From: Desulfurivibrionaceae bacterium
GTDB lineage: Bacteria; Desulfobacterota; Desulfobulbia; Desulfobulbales; JAGXFP01
DNA: 32,710 nt
NCBI GenBank assembly: GCA_046260555.1
Contig: JBHEOZ010000001.1
Location: 1-32,710 of the forward strand
Direction of reading: 5' to 3'
The notes beneath the pieces are model-generated. The model saw only the letters and a list, made by a program, of their open reading frames with translations. It did not search any database and was not told where the DNA came from. Every line of letters begins with the position of its first letter. The first letter of the stretch is position 1. Made by a program: the position numbers and the translations under genes. Below, one piece after another: positions 23,857 to 32,710 of this stretch.

Positions 23857-24819
23857 TTATTTGTCTTTATTGCCGGAATAGAGGAGTTCCGGTCTTTTCA
23901 GAATCACTTTGGTACCGGCCGGCACGCTTTCGGTCATCCAGATATTGCCGCCGATCACCGCTCGTGCCCCGATGACGGTTTCGCCGCCGAGGATGGTGGT
24001 GTTGGCGTAAATGATCACCTCGTCCTCGATGGTCGGGTGCCGTTTGACATTGCGGTAGCGGTCTCCGGCGTCCCTGGGCAGGGAGAGGGCGCCCAGGGTC
24101 ACCCCCTGATAGATCCTGACCCGGTCGCCGATCACCGTGGTTTCACCGATCACCACCCCGGTGCCGTGGTCGATGAAGAAACGTTTACCGATGGCGGCGC
24201 CGGGGTGAATATCGATGCCGGTAACGCTGTGGGCGTATTCGGTCATAATCCTGGGCAGCACCGGCACTCCGAGATTATGGAGTTCGTGGGCCATCCGGTA
24301 GATGCTGATCGCCCGCAGGCCCGGGTAGCTGAAGATTACTTCATCCGGACCTTTGGCGGCGGGATCGCCGTCCAGGGCGGCCTGGATGTCGTCGGCGAGC
24401 ATTTCGCTTAAACGCGGCAGGGTTTCGATAAAATCCCTGGCCTTGTTGTAGCCCTGGCCCTTGCATCTGGTGCAGGTCACCCGGGCCTGGAAGCAGTCAT
24501 GCTGGATGGCCAGGACGATCTGGGTGGCCAGCTTTTCGAAGAGTTCGGTGGTCTCCTGGCCGAGGCAGTACTCCAGGTTGGCGGGATTGATCGAGGTCGA
24601 GGAAAAATAGCCCGGGAAGAGGACCCGTCGGGCCTGATCGATGATCTCCACCACTTTTTCGTAGGTCGGAATCGGGGTGGCGCCCAGGTGGTCGAAGCAA
24701 CCGTATTTGGCGCAGGAGGCGACGAGTTGCTTCACCACCGGCGGAATATCTTCATAGAGGTGATTGACGTTTTCCGCCTCGTCGACGCATTGCTGATTTT
24801 GGATATCCTTTTGAAGCAT
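23857..24819 (-). CDS. cysE: serine O-acetyltransferase (long EpsC/CysE type)
   Basis: 320 aa. AALDGDPAA, YPGLRAISIYRMAHEL, and GIDIHPGAAIGKRFFIDHGTGVVIGETTVIGDRVRIYQGVTLG hexapeptide repeats. Confidence 0.9.
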   Translation of the reverse strand: MLQKDIQNQQCVDEAENVNHLYEDIPPVVKQLVASCAKYGCFDHLGATPIPTYEKVVEIIDQARRVLFPGYFSSTSINPANLEYCLGQETTELFEKLATQIVLAIQHDCFQARVTCTRCKGQGYNKARDFIETLPRLSEMLADDIQAALDGDPAAKGPDEVIFSYPGLRAISIYRMAHELHNLGVPVLPRIMTEYAHSVTGIDIHPGAAIGKRFFIDHGTGVVIGETTVIGDRVRIYQGVTLGALSLPRDAGDRYRNVKRHPTIEDEVIIYANTTILGGETVIGARAVIGGNIWMTESVPAGTKVILKRPELLYSGNKDK

Positions 24820-24842
24820 TGGGAACCTTTTTTTTTAGAATT

Positions 24843-24898
24843 CAGGAGCCAGGAGCCAGTATTCAGGAGCCGGGAGCCGGAAGCCAGGAGCCAGCCAA
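24843..24898. repeat. heptanucleotide tandem repeat, 8 units (CAGGAGC consensus on the plus strand, GCTCCTG on the mRNA strand)
   Basis: The units are CAGGAGC CAGGAGC CAGTATT CAGGAGC CGGGAGC CGGAAGC CAGGAGC CAGCCAA. The array lies in the metW-cysE spacer. A T9 run (24828-24836) lies between it and the cysE start. Confidence 0.85.
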
Positions 24899-24965
24899 GC
24901 CGGGAATCCACATCTTTATAGAGCTATCCGTCATAGTATCATGAATCGGCCCGCACCCGTTATCA

Positions 24966-25571
24966 TCAATTGTTCTTGCGGCTGACCAAAAATATCCCGT
25001 AGGTCGCCCTCAGGTTGGGCAGAAAGTTGACGATTTTGCCCCGGAGGTCATCGCTGTGGGTATTGATATCGACCTCCTTGAGGACCCGGCAGCCGGTCCT
25101 TTTGACGAAGCGGCGGAAATCCTTGATGGTGATTATTCTGATGTTGGGGGTGTTGTACCACTCGTAGGGGAGCTGCCGGCTTTTGGGGACATAACCGAAA
25201 AAGAGGATCTGCAGGCGGATCGACCAGTAACTGAAGTTGGGGAAGGAAACGATGATCTTCTCTCCGACTCGCAAGAGTTCCCGGATCAGCATCTCCGGGG
25301 CCAGTACCTGCTGCAGGGTCTGGCTCAGGATCACGTAGTCGAAGCTGTTGTCGGGATAATCCCGGACCTCCTCGGTGATATCGCCCTGGAGAACCTGGAG
25401 GCCCTTCTCGAAGCATTTTTCGACCTTGACCTCGGAGCTTTCGATGCCGGTGCCGATAATCCGCTTCTCCTTCTTGAGATGAAAGAGCAGTTCTCCTTCG
25501 CCGCAACCCAGATCAAGAACCCTGCTGCCCGGTTTGATCCACGAGGCGATTACCTGTAGATCATAACGCAT
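24966..25571 (-). CDS. metW: methionine biosynthesis protein MetW
   Basis: MRYDLQVIASWIKPGSRVLDLGCGEGELL...SFPNFSYW...YEWYNTPNIRIITIKDF matches the MetW family. The tracked ORF starts 15 nt further upstream (25586). Either start overlaps the metX stop. Confidence 0.9.
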   Translation of the reverse strand: MRYDLQVIASWIKPGSRVLDLGCGEGELLFHLKKEKRIIGTGIESSEVKVEKCFEKGLQVLQGDITEEVRDYPDNSFDYVILSQTLQQVLAPEMLIRELLRVGEKIIVSFPNFSYWSIRLQILFFGYVPKSRQLPYEWYNTPNIRIITIKDFRRFVKRTGCRVLKEVDINTHSDDLRGKIVNFLPNLRATYGIFLVSRKNN

Positions 25572-26739
25572 CGTTTTCTTCTTCATATATTCTTTTCAGA
25601 AATCTGTTGATCAGGGTGCTCTGCCGCTCGTTGGGGAGCAGAAAGGCGTCGTGGCCGCATTTCGCCTCGATTTCGCAAAAACTGACATCGAGGGCGTTTT
25701 TTTTCATGGCCTTTACCATGTCCCGGGACTGATAGGTCGGGTAAAGCCAGTCGGAGGTGAAGGAAATCACCAGGAACTTTGCCTGCACCTCGGCAAAAGC
25801 CTTGACTTCGGAATCATGGCCGTGCTGTTGGCGGACATCGAAGTAATCGGCGGCCTTGGTAATGTAAAGAAAGGTGTTGGCGTCGAAGCGCTGGACGAAT
25901 TTAGAGCCCTGGTAGCGCAGGTAGCTTTCGATCTGGAAGTTGGCGTCGAAATCGAAGGAGAGGCTGTCCCGGTCCTGGAGGCGCCGGCCGAACTTGCTGC
26001 GCATGGCATCGTCGGAGAGATAGGTGACATGGCCGACCATCCTGGCCAGGGCGAGGCCCAGATCGGGCTTGGGGCCGTTGTAGTAGTCGCCCTTGTTGAA
26101 ATTGGGGTCCGACATGATGGCCTGGCGCCCGATCTCGTTAAAGGCGATGGCCAGGGCGGAGTGACGGATAGTGCTGGCCAGCATGACCGCCGAGGCGACC
26201 ATCTTCGGATAGCTGATCGCCCATTCGACAACCTGCATGCCGCCGATGGAGCCGCCGATCACCGCCAGAAGTCTTGTGACGCCGAGATGATCGATCAGCG
26301 CTTTCTGGGCCTTGACCATGTCGCCGATGGTTATCACCGGAAAATCCAGGCCGTAGGGGCGGCCGGTGGCGGGATTGATCGAGGCCGGACCGGTGGTGCC
26401 CATGCAGCCGCCCAGCACGTTCGAGCAGATCACGAAATATTTGTCGGTGTCGATGCCTTTGCCGGGGCCGACCATAATGTCCCACCAGCCCGGTTTGGGA
26501 TCATCTTCGGAGTAGTAGCCCGCCACGTGGGAATCGCCGGAGAGGGCATGGGTTACCAGGATAACGTTGCTCTTGTCACCGTTCAGGGCGCCCATGGTTT
26601 CATAGGCCACCGTGATCGGCCCGAGCCGGGCGCCGCTTTCCAGGACCAGCTCGTCGGGCGCCGCCGCAAAGGTGTGGAACTTTTTTTCGACGATTCCGAC
26701 GGAATTGCCTTTCCGGTCATGTTCGATGTATTCGCTCAT
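25561..26739 (-). CDS. metX: homoserine O-acetyltransferase MetX
   Basis: 392 aa. LESGARLGPITVAYETMG, VTHALSGDSHVAG, VIGGSIGGMQVVEW (nucleophile elbow) and GHDAFLL. Confidence 0.95.
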   Translation of the reverse strand: MSEYIEHDRKGNSVGIVEKKFHTFAAAPDELVLESGARLGPITVAYETMGALNGDKSNVILVTHALSGDSHVAGYYSEDDPKPGWWDIMVGPGKGIDTDKYFVICSNVLGGCMGTTGPASINPATGRPYGLDFPVITIGDMVKAQKALIDHLGVTRLLAVIGGSIGGMQVVEWAISYPKMVASAVMLASTIRHSALAIAFNEIGRQAIMSDPNFNKGDYYNGPKPDLGLALARMVGHVTYLSDDAMRSKFGRRLQDRDSLSFDFDANFQIESYLRYQGSKFVQRFDANTFLYITKAADYFDVRQQHGHDSEVKAFAEVQAKFLVISFTSDWLYPTYQSRDMVKAMKKNALDVSFCEIEAKCGHDAFLLPNERQSTLINRFLKRIYEEENDAL

Positions 26740-26750
26740 CTTGATCGCGT

Positions 26751-28007
26751 TTAGATTGAGTCCAGGGCCTGGCCGAGGTCGGCGCGGATATCATCAACCG
26801 CCTCGATGCCGACCGAGAGTCTGATCATCTCAGGGGTGATGGAGAGCATTTGCCGGGCCGCTTCCGGGAAGGCCAGATACTGCGAGGAGTAGGGGTGGAT
26901 CACCAGACTCCGGCAATCCCCGAGATTGGCCAGGTTGTAGACCATCTTCAGGGAGTTGATGAATTTGAAGCACTTCTCCTGGTCGGCCAGGCCGAAGGAG
27001 AGGACTCCGCCGAAACCGAGATCGTTAAACTGGGCGACCGCCGTCCCGTGCGAGGGATTGTCGGGCAGACCCGGATAGCGGACCCATTTAACCTCCGGCC
27101 GGGCGGCCAGGAATTCGGCGACTTGCCGGGCGTTGGCAAGGTGTCTTTCCATGCGCAGGGCCATGGTGTCGAGGCCCAGCATGGTCAGGTACGAGTGTAG
27201 CGGGGCCTGGGTGGTTCCGAAGTTGATATGGTGCTCCCGCCAGACCTTGTCGAGGAAGGCCAGCGGCCCTTTGCGGTCGATAAAGGGCTGCAGGTCCGGA
27301 AAGCGGCCGCCCTGCCAATCGAACTTGCCGCTGTCGATCACCACCCCGCCGGTGGCGTCGCCGTGGCCGCTTAGATACTTGGTGGTCGAGTGAATAATCA
27401 CGTCGGCGCCGAGTTCGATCGGCCGGCAGAGATAGGGGGTGGCCAGGGTGCTGTCGACCACAAGGGGCAGGCCGTGGCGATGGGCGATGGCCGCGGCCCC
27501 GGCCAGGTCCGGTACGTCAATCTTGGGATTGCCGATGGTCTCCAGGTAGATGAACCTGGTCCTCTCGTTGATCGCTTCTTCGATGGCGGCCAGGTCGGTG
27601 GATTCCACCAGCCGGGCCGTAATGGCGTATTTTTTGAAGATGTTGGCGAACAATACGTAGGTCGACATGAACAGGGAGTTGCCGCTGACGAATTCGTCGT
27701 CGGCCCGGAGCAGGGCCATGCAGGTGTTGGTAATGGCCGCCATTCCCGAGGAAGTCACCACCGCTCCGGCTCCTCCCTCCAGTGAGGCGAGTTTCTGCTC
27801 CAGAACCTTGTTGGTGGGGTTGGAGAGCCGCATATAGATATGCTCGCCGGTTTTGCCGGCGAAGGTCTCACTGAGGCTTTCAGCGGTGGGGTGGCGGTTG
27901 GCGGCGGACTGATGGATGGGAGGCAGGGTCGAGCCCTGCCAGTCGGCCGGGGTTTGGCCTTCGTGGAGGACCCTGGTTCGAAAATCCTGATATTTCGCGG
28001 ACGACAT
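26751..28007 (-). CDS. metY: O-acetylhomoserine sulfhydrylase (aminocarboxypropyltransferase), PLP-dependent
   Basis: FRTRVLHEGQ..., YMRLSNPTN, SSGMAAI and HSTTKYLSGHGD (PLP lysine). The tracked ORF starts at 28085. ATG 28007 (MSSAKYQDF...) has AGGAG 7 nt upstream. Confidence 0.9.
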   Translation of the reverse strand: MSSAKYQDFRTRVLHEGQTPADWQGSTLPPIHQSAANRHPTAESLSETFAGKTGEHIYMRLSNPTNKVLEQKLASLEGGAGAVVTSSGMAAITNTCMALLRADDEFVSGNSLFMSTYVLFANIFKKYAITARLVESTDLAAIEEAINERTRFIYLETIGNPKIDVPDLAGAAAIAHRHGLPLVVDSTLATPYLCRPIELGADVIIHSTTKYLSGHGDATGGVVIDSGKFDWQGGRFPDLQPFIDRKGPLAFLDKVWREHHINFGTTQAPLHSYLTMLGLDTMALRMERHLANARQVAEFLAARPEVKWVRYPGLPDNPSHGTAVAQFNDLGFGGVLSFGLADQEKCFKFINSLKMVYNLANLGDCRSLVIHPYSSQYLAFPEAARQMLSITPEMIRLSVGIEAVDDIRADLGQALDSI

Positions 28008-28109
28008 TGCATTTCTCCTGATGACATGGGTCGTAATCTTCACCCCCTGACTTTTCACGAATTCATCACGGATTGACCCGTTCACATATCTATACAGGAA
28101 AAGAGGGGA

Positions 28110-28493
28110 TTAAAGCAAGTCAGACAGTACTTCGCAGGCGCGGCAGATCTTCATTTTCTCCTGCCAGTTCTTTCTGATTTTGCATTCGCAGATGGTGCCG
28201 TTGATGAACCAGCAGAGTTTGCCGGCCTGGAATTCCCAGGCGGGACAGTGCTGACGGCGTTGGGGAGGGCATTTTTTCACGGTCCAGCAGGGTTTCATGG
28301 ATTTTTCGTTGGCACGGGTCCTGGAGAGCAGGAAAAAGATCTGGCGCTCCACATGGGAAGGGATCTTCCGCCAGCCTTGTTCGTAACTGTGCACTGCTTT
28401 AATCGAGATGCCCAGGAGCTCGGCTACCTCTTTCTGGGTTTTGGCCAAAACTTTGCGGGCTTTAAGGAATTCTTCGCTATCCACCAGGAACAC
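28110..28493 (-). CDS. XRE-family HTH regulator fused to an 8-Cys domain
   Basis: The N-terminal HTH_3-like part is LKARKVLAKTQKEVAELLGISIKAVHSYEQGWRKIP. The C-terminal part is KPCWTVKKCPPQRRQHCPAWEFQAGKLCWFINGTICECK...KICRACEV, with two CW motifs and 8 Cys. The start codon is GTG. Confidence 0.8.
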   Translation of the reverse strand: MFLVDSEEFLKARKVLAKTQKEVAELLGISIKAVHSYEQGWRKIPSHVERQIFFLLSRTRANEKSMKPCWTVKKCPPQRRQHCPAWEFQAGKLCWFINGTICECKIRKNWQEKMKICRACEVLSDLL

Positions 28494-28574
28494 CGGTTTG
28501 AATTTGTCGATTTATAAAATATTAGACTGAGGTGTCATATCATATCAAACACTGCACTAAGATCGTATCATAAA

Positions 28575-28591
28575 ATACCACATAGTGGTAT
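28575..28591. promoter_or_regulatory. perfect 7-3-7 palindrome ATACCAC-ATA-GTGGTAT (candidate operator)
   Basis: Seen directly in the AT-rich divergent region between the XRE/Cys-rich regulator gene and clpB, 82 nt upstream of the regulator start. Confidence 0.3.
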
Positions 28592-28646
28592 AAAAATATT
28601 TTAGCCGGGGGTGCAATTTTTTCCGACGGCTTGAAAAGTCGCCATA

Positions 28647-28675
28647 CTTGACAGGGGCACCGGGCAACCTTAGTT
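28647..28675 (+). promoter_or_regulatory. weak candidate heat-shock-type promoter CTTGACA-N14-CCTTAGTT upstream of clpB
   Basis: Loose resemblance to the sigma32 consensus CTTGAAA-N13-15-CCCCATNT. A second CTTGAAA lies at 28630-28636. Low confidence. Confidence 0.2.
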
Positions 28676-28825
28676 TTTCCCAGGCCGGGAGGCATGAAAA
28701 TATTTTTATTTTTTTACTTATTCCCGGCAGGAGTATATTCTTTATCAGGTGTGTTTTTATACCCTGAATCAGAGACCTTTTTCACCGGCGCCGGTTCGGG
28801 ATCATGTTATGGAGGAAAACAGCGG

Positions 28826-31411
<2,586 letters not shown>

Positions 31412-31414
<3 letters not shown>

Positions 31415-31563
31415 TGGCGTCGCAAAAACTCCGATCTACTGCGTCGTAGCGCATTTTTGTTCGTTCGGCATACCATATGTATGGCCTCACTCTCAAAAAT
31501 ACACTACTCCTTGTATATCGAAGTTTTTGCTTAGCCATCCCGAGACTTTTTGCGAGTTTGTCA
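31412..31563 (+). mobile_element. Family A MITE-like element, copy A4 (152 bp)
   Basis: Runs from TGATGGCGTCGCAAAAAC to TTTTGCTTAGCCATCCCGAGACTTTTTGCGAGTTTGTCA. The first 3 nt are the clpB stop codon. It is followed directly by the 19-bp repeat at 31563-31581. Confidence 0.75.
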
Positions 31564-31581
31564 TTTCTTAACGGCCCCTAA
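31563..31581. repeat. 19-bp exact repeat ATTTCTTAACGGCCCCTAA (second copy of 4254-4272)
   Basis: Exact match to 4254-4272. It contains the stop codon (31578-31580) of the frame-corrected FGE-family gene. Confidence 0.9.
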
Positions 31582-31654
31582 AAATCGGGGTCATAAGGGA
31601 CTTTTTGATCTTTTGAAGAAGGCGGGGTTTCCGGCCGCGGCGGGGATCTTTTCG

Positions 31655-32557
31655 CTACCAATCTGAATCCCGAGTCCGCCAGGGCGATGTCCGGTTCAGG
31701 CCGCGCCGGTTGGCGGAACGAACGCTGCGCGGGGCGGTAAACCACGACCCTCCACGCATGATCTTGCTTTTAGCGGTCTCCGGTCCCCGGGGATTGTCGA
31801 CCGGGCTCTCCTCGTAATAATTCTTGGCATACCAGTCCGAGCACCATTCCCAGACATTGCCGTGCATGTCGAATAAACCGAACCGGTTGGCCGGATAGCT
31901 TCCGACAGGGGAGGTTTTCTGGAGGTAGGTTCCTTTCTGGCCGCTGTCGTAGGTGTGGATCCCGTTATAATTGGCATGCTCGGTCGATATCGTCTTGCCG
32001 GTATGAAAAGGGGTCTGACTTCCGGCCCGGATAGCATATTCCATTTCCGCCTCGGTTGGCAGGCGGAAATTTTCATTGGCGATACCGTTCAGTACCACGA
32101 TGAAATCCATGGCCATCAGCCAGGAGATATTTGTGGCCGGGTGATTGTCAGGGAGATCGGCGAGGAATGGCGCGGTTGCCATCAGCTGCTGCCACTGGAG
32201 GCGGGTGGTCTCTTGCCGGGCCATCCAGAAGCCGTCCACGCAGACTTGATGTTGCGGGAGTTCGTCCGCATAGAACTCGCGGTATTTCAACTCCCCGGCC
32301 TCTTCGATAAGGGTGCGCTTTTCCGGGACGGATTGTCCCATCGGGAAGCAGCCTCCTTCCAGCCAGACAAATTCAAGCTCAATCAGCGGTTCCCGCCACA
32401 GAACCAGACCGTTTTCATAATATTCGGGATTGTCGTCTTTTGGTTCGGAGGCGAGGCAGGGTTGGGCGAGGATCGTTGTGATCAGCCAAAAAAGTAAGCT
32501 GTTTCTTGTTGCCCGCACTCTAACTGATTCCATATGATATTCTGCTGAATACTCCAC
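31655..32557 (-). CDS. formylglycine-generating enzyme (FGE/SUMF1) family protein, probably frameshifted near the 3' end
   Basis: RLPTEAEMEYAIRAG...GLFDMHGNVWEWCSDWY...RGGSWFTAPRSVRSANR is the FGE-sulfatase domain. The expected terminal GFRLV motif is found only in another frame (see findings). The N-terminus is signal-peptide-like from ATG 32533; the tracked start at 32557 is GTG. Confidence 0.85.
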   Translation of the reverse strand: MEYSAEYHMESVRVRATRNSLLFWLITTILAQPCLASEPKDDNPEYYENGLVLWREPLIELEFVWLEGGCFPMGQSVPEKRTLIEEAGELKYREFYADELPQHQVCVDGFWMARQETTRLQWQQLMATAPFLADLPDNHPATNISWLMAMDFIVVLNGIANENFRLPTEAEMEYAIRAGSQTPFHTGKTISTEHANYNGIHTYDSGQKGTYLQKTSPVGSYPANRFGLFDMHGNVWEWCSDWYAKNYYEESPVDNPRGPETAKSKIMRGGSWFTAPRSVRSANRRGLNRTSPWRTRDSDW

Positions 32558-32610
32558 TTAATCGTAACCGTTCACCGGGGCGGTCGCCAAAGTACCCAAA
32601 ACCGCCGGAC

Positions 32611-32710
32611 TGTAACCGTTCAGCAGTGGTGCAGATTTGGACAAGCGGACCGGCGCCGCGTACCTCGGTTACGTAAGCCGGGCCGATCGTCCGAAGATGC
32701 GGTGCTGCTG
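32611..32710. repeat. Family C palindromic repeat, copy C2 (truncated by the window end)
   Basis: TGTAACCGTTCAGCAGTGGTGCAGATTTGG...GGCCGATCGTCCGAAGATGCGGTGCTGCTG aligns by eye with the reverse complement of 19215-19324. Shared blocks are CAGCAGTG, AAGCGG, GCGTAC, GGCCGATCG and GGTGCTGCTG. Confidence 0.75.

Noticed and set aside
28008-28109. Possible SAM riboswitch or leader in front of metY.
   Set aside because: The gap is only ~100 nt. I could not find the conserved SAM-I/SAM-II type helices or motifs, only weak short hairpins. Excluding it formally needs a covariance-model search (Rfam/Infernal).
28694-28825. 44-codon N-terminal extension of clpB in the ORF track.
   Set aside because: The extension ([14 protein letters not shown]...) is AT-rich and hydrophobic, unlike ClpB. 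The canonical ClpB N-terminus ([14 protein letters not shown]) starts at ATG 28826 with GGAGG 10 nt upstream.
31655-32557. FGE/C-type-lectin-fold protein as a diversity-generating retroelement target.
   Set aside because: No reverse transcriptase, Avd-like gene or template repeat matching the 3' end is present in the window. The downstream DNA is a family A repeat and clpB.

Overview
This is a 32.7 kb segment of a moderately GC-rich bacterial chromosome. Gene content and repeat style look deltaproteobacterial / Desulfobacterota-like, but that is inference only.

Most of the window is housekeeping:
- a partial pgi, an M48-TPR membrane protease, cobO and a HemY-type oxidase
- dnaA with an AT-richer upstream region (possible oriC)
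- an EHD-like dynamin-family GTPase, feoAB, ybdG/mscM, tRNA-Arg(ACG) and yrbG
- a MUG-like glycosylase and a four-gene ECF sigma/anti-sigma operon
- a long minus-strand sulfur amino-acid operon: XRE/Cys-rich regulator, then metY-metX-metW-cysE-cysK-yajD
- clpB and an FGE-family protein

The non-ordinary observations are:
1. Intergenic space is colonised by at least three related families of palindromic MITE-like repeats. Some abut or supply stop codons, and two inverted copies bracket cobO.
2. The last 21 nt of tRNA-Arg are duplicated 1.6 kb downstream. The duplicate sits next to 75-bp direct repeats that bracket a tandem ribbon-helix-helix gene, which suggests a decayed integrative element.
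3. Two near-identical ECF-type promoters (GTAAAC-N16-CGTC) fire outward from one intergenic region. One drives the sigma operon. The other drives a secreted Q/N/G-rich low-complexity protein plus an outer-membrane barrel, with an intrinsic terminator between those two genes.
4. An AT-rich islet carries two orphan genes.
5. A heptanucleotide tandem repeat lies in front of cysE.
6. The FGE-family gene probably has a 1-nt frameshift.

I saw no CRISPR array, rRNA, transposase, integrase, reverse transcriptase or recognisable defence gene. I cannot point to one clear-cut novel system. The ECF-controlled secreted-protein/OMP module and the repeat families are the best candidates.
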